DNA from: Eledone cirrhosa
Lineage: Eukaryota
Direction: 5' to 3'
Assembly (NCBI GenBank): GCA_964016885.1
Contig: OZ024743.1
Span: 332,816,001 to 332,880,000, forward strand
DNA length: 64,000 nt
The notes beneath the pieces were generated by a model. The model made no database searches, had not been told where the DNA came from, and saw only the letters and a program-made list of their open reading frames with translations. A program made the position numbers and the translations under genes. Shown here piece by piece: positions 1 through 14,204 of the stretch (positions are counted from its first letter, which is position 1; each line of letters opens with the position of its first letter).

Positions 1-3000
1 TAGACTGGGACTGTTTTATTGAGCTATCGACACAATCACTTTACAAAGTAGACTGGGAGTGTTTTATTGAGCTATTAACACAACCACTTTACAAAGTAGA
101 CTGGGAGTGTTTTATTGAGCTATCAACACAACTTTACAAAGTGGGATGGGAATGTTTTATTGAGCCATCAACACAACTTTACAAAGTAGACTGGGAGTGT
201 TTTCTTGAGCTATCAACACAACCACTTTAGAAAGTAGACTGGGAGTGTTTTATTGAGCTATCAACACAACCACTTTACAAAGTAGACTGTGAGTGTTTTA
301 TTGAGCTAACAACATAACTTTAAAAAGTAGACTGGGAGTGTTTTATTGAGCTATTAACACAACCACTTTACAAAGTAGACTGGGAGTGTTTTATTGAGCT
401 ATCAACACAACCACTTTACAAAGTCGACTGGGACTGTTTTATTGAGCTATCAACACAACTTTACAAAGTAGACTGGGAGTGTTTTATTGAGCTATCAACA
501 CAACCACTTTACAAAGTAGACTGGGAGTCTCTAATTGAGCTATCAACACAACTTTATAAAGTAGACTGGGAGTGTTTTATTGAGCTATCGACACAATCAC
601 GTTACAAAGTAGACTGGGAGTGTTTTACTGAGCTATCAACACAACCACTTTACAAAGTAGACTGGGAGTGTTTTATTGAGCTATCAACACAACTTTACAA
701 AGTAGAATGGGAGTGTTTTATTGAGCTATCGACACAATCACTTTACAAAGTAGTCTCTGAGTATTTTATTGAGCTATTAACACAACCACTTTACAAAGTA
801 GACTGGGAGTGTTTTATTGAGCTATCAACACAACCACTTTACAAAGTAGACTGGGAGTGTTTTATTGAGCTATCAACACAACTTTACAAAGTGGGCTGGG
901 AGTGTTTTATTGAGCTATCAACACAACTTTACAAAGTAGACTGGGAGTGTTTTATTGAACTATCAACACAACCACTTTACAAAGTAGACTGGCAGTGTTT
1001 TATTGAACTATCAACACAACCACTTTACAAAGTAGACTGGGAGTGTTTTATTGAGCTATCAACACAACTTTACAAAGTGGGCTGGGAGTGTTTTATTGAG
1101 CTATCAACACAACTTTACAAAGTAGACTGGGAGTGTTTTATTGAGCTATCAACACAACAACTTTACAAAGTAGACTGGGAGTGTTTTATTGAGTTATCAA
1201 CACAACCACTTTACAAAGTAGACTGGGAGTGTTTTATTGAGCTATCAACACAACCACTTTACAAAGTAGACTGGGAGTGTTTTATTGAGCTATCAACACA
1301 ACTCTTCAAAGTGGGCTGGGGGTATTTTATTGAGCTATCAACACAAATTTACAAGGTAGACTGGGAGTGTTTTATTGAGCTATCAACACAACCACTTTAC
1401 AAAGTAGACTGGGAGTGTTTTATTGAGCTATCAACACAACTTTACAAAGTAGACTGGGAGTGTTTTATTGAGCTATCGACACAATCACTTTACAAAGTAG
1501 ACTGGGAGTGTTTTATTGAGCTATTAAAACAACCACTTTACAAAGTAGACTGGGAGTGTTTTATTGAGCTATCAACTCAACTTTACAAAGTGGGATGGGA
1601 ATGTTTTATTGAGCCATCAACACAACTTTACAAAGTAGACTGGGAGTGTTTTCTTGAGCTATCAACACAACTCTTCAAAGTGGGCTGGGGGTATTTTATT
1701 GAGCTATCAACACAAATTTACAAGGTAGACTGGGAGTGTTTTATTGAGCTATCAACACAACCACTTTACAAAGTAGACTGGGAGTGTTTTATTGAGCTAT
1801 CAACACAACTTTACAAAGTAGACTGGGAGTGTTTTATTGAGCTATCGACACAATCACTTTACAAAGTAGACTGGGAGTGTTTTATTGAGCTATTAACACA
1901 ACCACTTTACAAAGTAGACTGGGAGTGTTTTATTGAGCTATCAACTCAACTTTACAAAGTGGGATGGGAATGTTTTATTGAGCCATCAACACAAATTTAC
2001 AAAGTAGACTGGGAGTGTTTTATTGAGCTATCAACAGAACTTTACAAAGTAGACTGGGAGTGTTTTATTGAGCTATCAACAGAACTTTACAAAGTAGACG
2101 GGGACTGTTTTATTGAGCTATCGACACAATCACTTTACAAAGTAGACTGGGAGTGTTTTATTGAGTTATCAACACAACTTTAGAAAGTAGACTGGGAGTG
2201 TTTTATTGAGCTATCAACACAACTTTACAAAGTAGACTGGGAGTGTTTTATTGAACTATCAACACAACCACTTTACAAAGTAGACTGGAAGTGTTTTATT
2301 GAACTATCAACACAACCACTTTACAAAGTAGACTGGGAGTGTTTTATTGAGCTATCAACACAACTTTACAAAGTGGGCTGGGAGTGTTTTATTGAGCTAT
2401 CAACACAACTTTACAAAGTAGACTGGGAGTGTTTTATTGAGCTATCAACACAACAACTTTACAAAGTAGACTGGGAGTGCTTTATTGAGCTATCAACACA
2501 ACCACTTTACAAAGTAGACTGGCAGTCTCTAATTGAGCTATCAACACAACTTTATAAAGTAGACTGGGAGTGTTTTATTGAGCTATCGACACAATCACGT
2601 TACAAAGTAGACTGGGAGTGTTTTATTGAGCTATTAACACAACCACTTTACAAAGTAGACTGGGAGTGTTTTATTGAGCTATGAACACAACCAATTTACA
2701 AAGTAGACTGGGAGTGTTTTATTGAGTTATCAACACAACCACTTTACAAATTAGACTGGTAGTGTTTTACTGAGCTATCAACACAACTTTACAAAGTAGA
2801 ATAGGAGTGTTTTATTGAGCTATCGACACAATCACTTTACAAAGTAGTCTCTGAGTATTTTATTGAACTATTAACACAACCACTTTACAAAGTAGACTGG
2901 GAGTGTTTTATTGAGCTATCAACACAACTTTACAAAGTGGGATGGGAATGTTTTATTGAGCTATCAACACAACTTTACAAAGTAGACTGGGAGTGTTTTA

Positions 3001-6000
3001 TTGAACTATCAACACAACCACTTTACAAAGTAGACTGGAAATGTTGTATTGAACTATCAACACAACCACTTTACAAAGTAGACTGGGAGTGTTTTATTGA
3101 GCTATCAACACAACTTTACAAAGTAGACTGGGAGTGTTTTATTGAGCTATCAACACAACAACTTTACAAAGTAGACTGGGAATGTTTTATTGAGCTATCA
3201 ACACAACAACTTTACAAAGTAGACTGGGAGTGTTTTATTGAGCTATCAACACAACTTTATAAAGTAGACTGGGAGTGTTTTATTGAGCTATCGACACAAT
3301 CACTTTACAAAGTAGACTGGGAGTGTTTTATTGAGCTATTAACACAACCACTTTACAAAGTAGACTGGGAGTGTTTTATTGAGCTATGAACACAACCGAT
3401 TTACAAAGTAGACTGGGAGTGTTTTATTGAGCTATCAACACAACTCTACAAAGTAGACTGGCAGTGTTTTATTGAGCTATCAACACAACTCTTCAAAGTG
3501 GGCTGGGAGTATTTTATTGAGCTATCAACAGAACTTTACAAAGTAGACTGGCAGTGTTTTATTGAGCTATCAACATAACTTTACAAAGTAGACGGGGACT
3601 GTTTTATTGAGCTATCGACACAATCACTTTACAAAGTAGAATGGGAGTGTTTTATTGAGCTATCAACACAACTTTACAAAGTAGACTGGGAGTGTTTTAT
3701 TGAACTATCAACTCAACCACTTTACAAAGTAGACTGGGAGCGTTTTATTGAGCTATCAACACAACTTTACAAAGTAGACTGGGAGTGTTTTATTGAGCTA
3801 TCAACACAACTTTACAAAGTAGACTGGGAGTGTTTTATTGAGCTATCAACACAACCACTTTACAAAGTAGACTGGGAGTCTCTAATTGAGCTATCAACAC
3901 AACTTTATGAAGTAGACTGGGAGTGTTTTATTTAGCTATCGACACAATCACTTTACAAAGTAGACTGGGAGTGTTTTATTGAGCTATGAACACAACCAAT
4001 TTACAAAGTAGACTAGGAGTGTTTTATTGAGCTATCAACACAACTTTACAAAGTAAACTGGCAGTGTTTTATTGAGCTATCGACACAATCACTTTACAAA
4101 GTAGACTCCGAGTGTTTTATTGAGCTATTAACACAACCACTTTACAAAGTAGACTGGGAGTGTTTTATTGAGCTATGAACACACCCAATTTACAAAGTAG
4201 ACTGGGAGTGTTTTATTGAGGTATCAACACAACTTTAGAAAGTAGAGTGGGAGTGTTCTATTGAGCTATCAACACAACTTTACAAAGTAGACTGGGACTG
4301 TTTTATTGAGCTATCGACACAATCACTTTACAAAGTAGACTGGGAGTGTTTTATTGAGCTATTAACACAACCACTTTACAAAGTAGACTGGGAGTGTTTT
4401 ATTGAGCTATCAACACAACTTTACAAAGTGGGATGGGAATGTTTTATTGAGCCATCAACACAACTTTACAAAGTAGACTGGGAGTGTTTTCTTGAGCTAT
4501 CAACACAACCACTTTAGAAAGTAGACTGGGAGTGTTTTATTGAGCTATCAACACAACCACTTTACAAAGTAGACTGTGAGTGTTTTATTGAGCTAACAAC
4601 ATAACTTTAAAAAGTAGACTGGGAGTGTTTTATTGAGCTATTAACACAACCACTTTACAAAGTAGACTGGGAGTGTTTTATTGAGCTATCAACACAACCA
4701 CTTTACAAAGTCGACTGGGACTGTTTTATTGAGCTATCAACACAACTTTACAAAGTAGACTGGGAGTGTTTTATTGAGCTATCAACACAACCACTTTACA
4801 AAGTAGACTGGGAGTCTCTAATTGAGCTATCAACACAACTTTATAAAGTAGACTGGGAGTGTTTTATTGAGCTATCGACACAATCACGTTACAAAGTAGA
4901 CTGGGAGTGTTTTACTGAGCTATCAACACAACCACTTTACAAAGTAGACTGGGAGTGTTTTATTGAGCTATCAACACAACTTTACAAAGTAGAATGGGAG
5001 TGTTTTATTGAGCTATCGACACAATCACTTTACAAAGTAGTCTCTGAGTATTTTATTGAGCTATTAACACAACCACTTTACAAAGTAGACTGGGAGTGTT
5101 TTATTGAGCTATCAACACAACCACTTTACAAAGTAGACTGGGAGTGTTTTATTGAGCTATCAACACAACCACTTTACAAAGTAGACTGGGAGTGTTTTAT
5201 TGAGCTATCAACACAACTTTACAAAGTAGACTGGGAGTGTTTTATTGAACTATCAACACAACCGCTTTACAAAGTAGACTGGAAGTGTTTTATTGAGCTA
5301 TCAACACAACTTTACAAAGTGGGCTGGGAGAGTTTTATTGAGCTATCAACACAACTTTACAAAGTGGACTGGGAGTGTTTTATTAAGCTATCAACACAAC
5401 TTTACAAAGTAGACTGGGAATGTTTTATTGAGCTATCAACACAACAACTTTGCAAAGTAGACTGGGAGTGTTTTATTGAGCTATCAACACAATCACTTTA
5501 CAAAGTAGACTGGGAGTGTTTTCTTGAGCTATCAACACAACCACTTTAGAAAGTAGACTGGGAGTGTTTTATTGAGCTATCAACACAACTCTTCAAAGTA
5601 GGCTGGGGGTATTTTATTGAGCTATCAACACAAATTTACAAAGTAGACTGGGAGTGTTTTATTGAGCTATCAACAGAACTTTACAAATTAGATTGGGAGT
5701 GTTTTATTGAGCTATCAACACAACCACTTTACAAAGTAGACTGGGAGTGTTTTATTGAGCTATCAACAGAACTTTACAAAGTAGACGGGGGACTGTTTTA
5801 TTGATCTATCGACACAATCACTTTACAAAGTAGACTGGGAGTGTTTTATTGAGCTATCAACATCACTTTACAAGGTAGACTGTGAGTGTTTTATTGAGCT
5901 AACAACACAACTTTACAAAGGAGACTGGGAGTGTTTTATTGAGCTATTAACACAACCACTTTACAAAGTAGACTGGGAGTGTTTTATTGAGCTATCAACA

Positions 6001-9000
6001 CAACCACTTTACAAAGTAGACTGGGACTGTTTTATTGAGCTATCAACACAACTTTACAAAGTAGACTGGGAGTGTTTTATTGAGCTATAAAAACAAGCAC
6101 TTTACAAAGTAGACTGGGAGTGTTTTATTGAGCTATCAACACAACTTTACAAAGTAGACTGGGAGTGTTTTATTGAGCTATCAACACAACCACTTTATAA
6201 ATTAGACTGGGAGTGTTTTATTGAACTATCAACACAACCACTTTACAAAGTAGACTGGGAGCGTTTTATTGAGCTATCAACACAACCACTTTACAAAGTA
6301 GACTGGGAGTGTTTTATTGAGCTATCAACACAACTTTATAAAGTAGACTGGGAGTGTTTTATTGTGCTATCGAAACAATCACTTTACAAAGTAGACTGGG
6401 AGTGTTTTATTGAACTATTAACACAACCACTTTACAAAGTAGATTGGGAGTGTTTTATTGAGCTATGAACATAACCACTTTACAAAGTAGACTGGGAGTG
6501 TTTTATTGAGCTATCAACACAACTCTTCAAAGTGGGCTGGGAGTGTTTTATTGAGCTATCAACACAACCACTTTACAAAGTAGACTGGGAGTGTTTTATT
6601 GAGCTATCAACACAACTCTTCAAAGTGGGCTGGGAGTGTTTTATTGAGCTATCAACACAAATTTACAAAGTAGACTGGGAGTGTTTTATTGAGCTATTAA
6701 GACAACCACTTTACAAAGTAGACTGGAAGTGTTTTATTGAACTATCAACACAACCACGTTACAAAGTAGACTGGGAGTGTTTTATTGAGCTATCAACACA
6801 ACTCTACAAATTAGACTTGGAGTGTTTTATTAAGCTATCAACACAACTTTACAAAGTGGGCTGGGAGTGTTTTATTGAGCTATCAACACAACTTTACAAA
6901 GTAGACTGGGAATGTTTTATTGAGCTATCAACACAACAACTTTGCAAAGTAGACTGGGAGTGTTTTATTCAGCTATCAACACAACCACTTTACAAAGTAG
7001 ACTGGGAGGGTTTTATTGAGCTATCAACACAACCACTTTACAAAGTAGACTGGGAGTGTTTTATTGAGCTATCAACACAACCACTTTACAAAGTAGACTG
7101 GGAGTGTTTTATTGAGCTATCAACACAACTTTATAAAGTAGACTGGGAGTGTTTTATTGAGCTATTAACACAACCACTTTACAAAGGAGACTGGGAATGT
7201 TTTATTGAGCTATCAACACAACAACTTTACAAAGTAGACTGGGAGTGTTTTATTGAGTTATCAACACAACTTTACAAAGTAGACTGGGAGTGTTTTATTG
7301 AGCTATCAACACCACTTTACAAAAATAGACTGGGAGTGTTTTATTGAGCTATCAACACAACTTTACAAAGTAGACTGGGAGTGTTTTATTGAGCTATTAA
7401 CACAACCACTTTACAAAGTAGACTAGGAGTGTTTTATTGAGCTATCAACACAACCACTTTACAAAGTAGACTGGGACTGTTTTATTGAGCTATCAACACA
7501 ACTTTACAAAGTAGACTGGGAGTGTTTTGTTGAGCTATCAACACAACAACTTTACAAAGTAAACTGGGAGTGTTTTATTGAGCTATCAACACAACCACTT
7601 TACAAAGTAGACTGGGAGTGTTTTATTGAGCTATCAACACAACTTTATAAAGTAGACTGGGAGTGTTTTATTGAGCTATTAACACAACCACTTTACAAAG
7701 GAGACTGGGAATGTTTTATTGAGCTATCAACACAACAACTTTACAAAGTAGACTGGGAGTGTTTTATTGAGCTATCAACACAACCACTTCACAAAGTAGA
7801 CTGGGAGTGTTTTATTGAGCTATCAACACAACTTTATAAAGTAGACTGGGAGTGTTTTATTGTGCTATCGAAACAATCACTTTACAAAGTAGACTGGGAG
7901 TGTTTTATTGAGCTATTAACACAACCACTTTACAAAGTAGACTGGGAGTGTTTTATTGAGCTATGAACATAACCACTTTACAAAGTAGACTGGGAGTGTT
8001 TTATTGAGCTATCAACACAACCACTTTACAAAGTAGACTGGGAGTGTTTTATTGAGCTATCAACACAAATTTACAAAGTAGACTGGGAGTGTTTTATTGA
8101 GCTATTAAGACAACCACTTTACAAAGTAGACTGGAAGTGTTTTATTGAATTATCAACACAACCACTTTACAAAGTAGACTGGGAGTGTTTTATTGAGCTA
8201 TCAACACAACTTTACAAATTAGACTTGGAGTGTTTTATTAAGCTATCAACACAACTTTACAAAGTGGGCTGGGAGTGTTTTATTGAGCTATCAACACAAC
8301 TTTACAAAGTAGACTGGGAATGTTTTATTGAGCTATCAACACAACAACTTTGCAAAGTAGACTGGGAGTGTTTTATTGAGCTATCAACACAACTTTACAA
8401 AGTAAACTGGCAGTGTTTTATTGAGCTATCGACAGAATCACTTTACAAAGTAGACTGGGAGTGTTTTCTTGAGCTATCAACACAACCACTTTACAAAGTA
8501 GACTGGGAGTGTTTTATTGAGCTATCAACACAACTCTTCAAAGTGGGCTGGGGGTATTTTATTGAGCTATCAACACAAATTTACAAAGTAGACTGGGAGT
8601 GTTTTATTGAGCTATCAACAGAACTTTACAAATTAGATTGGGAGTGTTTTATTGAGCTATCAACAGAAACTTACAAAGTAGACTGGGAGTGTTTTATTGA
8701 GCTATCAACAGAACTTTACAAAGTAGACAGGGACTGTTTTATTGATCTATCGACACAATCACTTTATAAAGTAGACTGGGAGTGTTTTATTGAGCTATCA
8801 ACATCACTTTACAAGGTAGACTGTGAGTGTTTTATTGAGCTAACAACACAACTTTACAAAGTAGACTGGGAGTGTTTTATTGAGCTATTAACACAACCAC
8901 TTTACAAAGTAGACTGGGAGTGTTTTACTGAGCTATCAACACAACTTTACAAAGTAGAATGGGAGTGTTTTATTGAGCTATCGACACAATCACTTTACAA

Positions 9001-12000
9001 AGTAGTCTCTCAGTATTTTATTGAGCTATTAACACAACCACTTTACAAAGTAGACTGGGAGTGTTTTATTGAGCTATCAACACAACCACTTTACAAAGTA
9101 GACTGGTAGTGTTTTATTGAGCTATCAACACAACTTTACAAAGTAGACTGGGAGTGTTTTATTGAACTATCAACACAACCACTTTACAAAGTAGACTGGC
9201 AGTGTTTTATTGAACTATCAACACAACCACTTTACAAAGTAGACTGGGAGTGTTTTATTGAGCTATCAACACAACTTTACAAAGTGGGCTGGGAGTGTTT
9301 TATTGAGCTATCAACACAACTTTACAAAGTAGACTGGGAGTGTTTTATTGAGCTATCAACACAACAACTTTACAAAGTAGACTGGGAGTGTTTTATTGAG
9401 TTATCAACACAACCACTTTACAAAGTAGACTGGGAGTGTTTTATTGAGCTATCAACACAACCACTTTACAAAGTAGACTGGGAGTGTTTTATTGAGCTAT
9501 CAACACAACTCTTCAAAGTGGGCTGGGGGTATTTTATTGAGCTATCAACACAAATTTACAAGGTAGACTGGGAGTGTTTTATTGAGCTATCAACACAACT
9601 TTACAAAGTAGACTGGGAGTGTTTTATTGAGCTATCGACACAATCACTTTACAAAGTAGACTGGGAGTGTTTTATTGAGCTATTAACACAACCACTTTGC
9701 AAAGTAGACTGGGAGTGTTTTATTGAGCTATCAACTCAACTTTACAAAGTGGGATGGGAATGTTTTATTGAGCCATCAACACAACTTTACAAAGTAGACT
9801 GGGAGTGTTTTCTTGAGCTATCAACACAACCACTTTACAAAGTAGACTAGGAGTGTTTTATTGAGCTATCAACACAACTCTTCAAAGTGGGCTGGGAGTA
9901 TTTTATTGAGCTATCAACACAAATTTACAAAGTAGACTGGGAGTGTTTTATTGAGCTATCAACAGAACTTTACAAAGTAGACTGGGAGTGTTTTATTGAG
10001 CTATCAACAGAACTTTACAAAGTAGACGGGGACTGTTTTATTGAGCTATCGACACAATCACTTTACAAAGTAGACTGGGAGTGTTTTATTGAGTTATCAA
10101 CACAACTTTAGAAAGTAGACTGGGAGTGTTTTATTGAGCTATCAACACCACTTTACAAAGTAGACTGTGAGTGTTTTATTGAGCTAACAACACAACTTTA
10201 CAAAGTAGACTGGGAGTGTTTTATTGAGCTATCAACACAACCACTTTACAAAGTAGACTGGGACTGTTTTATTGAGCTATCAACACAACTTTACAAAGTA
10301 GACTGGGAGTGTTTTATTGAGCTATCAACACAAGCACTTTACAAAGTAGACTGGGAGTGTTTTATTGAGCTATCAACACAACTTTACAAAGTAGACTGGG
10401 AGTGTTTTATTGAGCTATCAACACAACCACTTTACAAAGGAGACTGGGAGTGTTTTATTGAGCTATCAACACAACCACTTTACAAAGTAGACTGGGAGTG
10501 TTTTATTGAGCTATCAACACAACTTTACAAAGTGGGCTGGGAGTGTTTTATTGAGCTATCAACACAACTTTACAAAGTAGACTGGGAGTGTTTTATTGAG
10601 CTATCAACACAACAACTTTACAAAGTAGACTGGGAGTGTTTTATTGAGCTATCAACACAACCACTTTACAAAGTAGACTGGCAGTCTCTAATTGAGCTAT
10701 CAACACAACTTTATAAAGTAGACTGGGAGTGTTTTATTGAGCTATCGACACAATCACGTTACAAAGTAGACTGGGAGTGTTTTATTGAGCTATTAACACA
10801 ACCACTTTACAAAGTAGACTGGGAGTGTTTTATTGAGCTATGAACACAACCAATTTACAAAGTAGACTGGGAGTGTTTTATTGAGTTATCAACACAACCA
10901 CTTTACAAATTAGACTGGGAGTGTTTTACTGAGCTATCAACACAACTTTACAAAGTAGAATGGGAGTGTTTTATTGAGCTATCGACACAATCACTTTACA
11001 AAGTAGTCTCTGAGTATTTTATTGAACTATTAACACAACCACTTTACAAAGTAGACTGGGAGTGTTTTATTGAGCTATCAACACAACTTTACAAAGTGGG
11101 ATGGGAATGTTTTATTGAGCTATCAACACAACTTTACAAAGTAGACTGGGAGTGTTTTATTGAACTATCAACACAACCACTTTACAAAGTAGACTGGAAA
11201 TGTTGTATTGAACTATCAACACAACCACTTTACAAAGTAGACTGGGAGTGTTTTATTGAGCTATCAACACAACTTTACAAAGTAGACTGGGAGTGTTTTA
11301 TTGAGCTATCAACACAACAACTTTACAAAGTAGACTGGGAATGTTTTATTGAGCTATCAACACAACAACTTTACAAAGTAGACTGGGAGTGTTTTATTGA
11401 GCTATCAACACAACTTTATAAAGTAGACTGGGAGTGTTTTATTGAGCTATCAACACAACCACTTTACAAAGTAGAATGGGAGTGTGTTATTGAGCTATCG
11501 ACACAACTTTACAAAGTGGGATGGGAGTGTTTTATTGAACTATCAACACAACTTTAGAAAGTAGAGTGGGAGTGTTTTATTGAGCTATCAACACTTTACA
11601 AAGTAGACTGGGAGTGTTTTATTGAGCTATCGACACAATCACTTTACAAAGTAGTCTCAGAGTGTTTTATTGAGCTATTAACACAACCACTTTACAAAGT
11701 AGACTGGGAGTGTTTTATTGAGCTATCAACACAACTTTACAAAGTGGGCTGGGAGTGTTTTATTGAGGTATCAACACAACTTTACAAAGTAGAGTGGGAG
11801 TGTTTTATTGAGCTATCAACACAACTTTAGAAAGTAGACTGGGAGTGTTTTATTGAGCTATCGACACAACCACTTTACAAAGTAGACTGGGAGTGTTTTA
11901 TTGAGCTATTAACACAACCACTTTACAAAGTAGACTGGGAGTGTTTTATTGAGCTATCAACACAACCACTTTACAAAGTAGACTGGGAGTGTTTTATTGA

Positions 12001-12326
12001 GCTATCAACACAACTTTATAAAGTAGACTGGGAGTGTTTTATTGAGCTATCAACACAACTTTACAAAGTAGACTCGGAGTGTTTTATTGAGCTCTTAACG
12101 AAACCACTTTACAAAGTAGACTGGGGGTGTTTTATTGAGCTATGAACAAACCCAATTTACAAAGTAGACTGGGAGTGTTTTATTGAGCTATCAACACAAC
12201 CACTTTACAAAGTAGTCTGGGAGTGTTTTATTGAGCTATCAACACAACTTTACAAAGTAGACTGGGAGTGTTTTATTGAGCTATCAACACAACTTTACAA
12301 AGTGGGCTAGGAGTGTTTTGTGGCAC
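1..12326. repeat. Satellite 1: tandem array of 45/48-bp units, consensus TAGACTGGGAGTGTTTTATTGAGCTATCAACACAA(CCA)CTTTACAAAG, roughly 265 units, open at the left window edge; intronic
   Basis: Directly visible periodicity; units differ mainly by presence/absence of CCA plus recurrent point variants; ends about 45 bp from the donor of the exon at 12370-12572. Confidence 0.98.
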
Positions 12327-12369
12327 AACAAATAAACAAATTGGTTAGGATAATACAAATTTTTCTTAC

Positions 12370-12572
12370 CTGGCCAGCACCATCCATCAAAAATACTACC
12401 ATCCTTGTTTTTAACAAAAATGTCCTTCTCCTTGCCTTCTTTGTAGACTGAATAATCATCATCTCTTTTTAAATGAGGATCAACAACGTTTACTAACTTC
12501 CTGCCTTTAGAAGACAAATTCCTCACCATGTCTTCAGGGTTTGGAAATTTGGCACTATCCCAAGTAAAGTAT
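12370..12572 (-). CDS. GANAB: GANAB-like glucosidase II alpha subunit, exon 11 of those in window (RYFTWDSAKFPNPEDMVRNLSSKGRKLVNVVDPHLKRDDDYSVYKEGKEKDIFVKNKDGSIFDGWCWPG)
   Basis: GH31 motifs YFTWD, VDPH and GWCWPG match glucosidase II alpha; acceptor cttAG, donor G|GTAAGA; phase 2 in, phase 1 out. Confidence 0.95.
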
Positions 12573-12626
12573 CTAAGGAATAAGTAAAAACACACATGCT
12601 AGAATGAGATTATAGCAAAGAAAATA

Positions 12627-12832
12627 TGAGGGAGTGCTGAAAAGTTCCCGGGCTTTAGGTAAAAAAATAAATACAGGAGGATCAGTTCATTATGATTTTA
12701 TTCAACATATTCCCCTCTCAGGTTCACATTTATTGCAGTGTTCTAAGCCCTATAAAAAGAACTTGGAAGGTTGTGCCCCCAACAAGCCCTCTTAAACACA
12801 CTTAAAGCCAGGAACTTTTCAGCACCCCCTCG
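12627..12832. mobile_element. Tc1/mariner-type MITE (206 bp)
   Basis: About 30-bp imperfect TIRs (YGAGGGRGTGCTGAAAAGTTCC...GGCTTTA) flanked by TA on both sides (12625-26, 12833-34); no ORF. Confidence 0.8.
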
Positions 12833-12889
12833 TATGTAAACGCATAGAAAATGAAATTGCCGCAACCATTAGGAAATTAAACATATATA

Positions 12890-13115
12890 TTAACCCTTCT
12901 GTTATAAAACTACTGTTTATTCTCAAATGTTTGTATTTATCTCAAAACCTTCCATCATGATTTTATGTAAGTACCTTTGTTAAGTTATGTTCCAAACACC
13001 AGCTTAATAGAAAGTCTGATATTTTACTAAATCCCTCCAAATTCTTGATTATTTTCAAAACAATTTGAAAATTATAGGCAGTGTTTTTCATTAGAAATAT
13101 GGCTACAAAACGATT
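12890..13115. mobile_element. Degenerate copy of the TTAA-CCCTT (piggyBac-like) MITE family
   Basis: Starts TTAACCCTT; internal sequence resembles 34723-34949 (AAACCTTCCA.CAT.ATTTTAT, TTTCATTAGAAATATGG). Confidence 0.5.
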
Positions 13116-13403
13116 ATAAGAACAGATTAAAGTTTAAGTAAAGAATCGCTGCTTTCACCCTTAATGACCCTCTTCGGATTTTAGTCTTCACATTTATTAC
13201 TATTATTATTATCATAATAGCTATTAACTTATCAAGGGAATTATCACCACTTATATTTACAGTATACCTATTATAAAAATCTGGATATACAAAGAAAGGT
13301 TATCTTCATCAAAATGAAATTGAGTTTCATCATCACTGCTCAACGTCTATTTTCTGATCATGCATAGGCTTCACAAGATGTCAAAAAATGAAATAAGAAT
13401 TAC

Positions 13404-13481
13404 CTTTTACCGTCTGTGTGTTCAATATCTAACCAAAGCACATCATAGGGAATGTCATGAACATCAAAATTATTATCCACA
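13404..13481 (-). CDS. GANAB: GANAB-like exon 10 ([27 protein letters not shown])
   Basis: Hallmark IPxDVxWLDIEHxDGKR motif; tttcAG / AG|GTAATT; phase 2-2. Confidence 0.96.
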
Positions 13482-14204
13482 CTGAAAGTAAAGAATAGTA
13501 TTATTAATAGACTGACTTATATGGATACATGGAATAGACAGCACCATCACCATCATCAACACTACCACTGCCACCACCACCACCATCATGGGTTGTATTA
13601 AACCAAATCAATACCATATTTAGCTGGAACCAGTGACCTCTCAGAATGAGTCAAATACACAGATATGCACACATTGCTCCAGTTTACTCAGCTGTAGAAA
13701 TGAGATGATAGGACTGGGGTCCCTATCATTAAATTACCCAAGACACCTCCAACAAGATATACCTTGGAGGAGGCCAGCTAAACCTGTATAGGTGTGACTG
13801 TCACACACACACACACACACAGGTATGATAGGTATAAAATTACTTTCTGTAACATTCAGAAGAGATGGGACTAATATCTTAGAGCATTAATTAATTTCCA
13901 GTGTGCTTAACTCGATACTAAACCTCCCCTGGTTCAGTGATTCAAAACCATAAGTTTTAAGATGTTCATATTTAATAAAGTAGTACAGTTAATATGAAAC
14001 ATTGTGAGATGATAAGTTTCAAAAAGCCAGTACAGTGTGATAGAAATATATAAAGAGCAAAGGATGATAAATAAAACAAAAAGTAATGTTTTACCCAGTA
14101 TATTTCAACATCATATTTCAAAGCTATTACCTCCTTTTCAAATGTGAAACAGAAACAGTTCAAAACAAAAACAAACGATTGATGTGTTTATATTTAAACT
14201 TCTT

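Noticed and set aside
891-11557. Long + strand ORFs of (DWECFIELSTQPLYKV)n as a repeat protein
   Set aside because: Consequence of 45/48-bp units lacking a stop in one frame. Scattered stops and frameshifts occur, starts are GTG/TTG, and the array is antisense within an intron.
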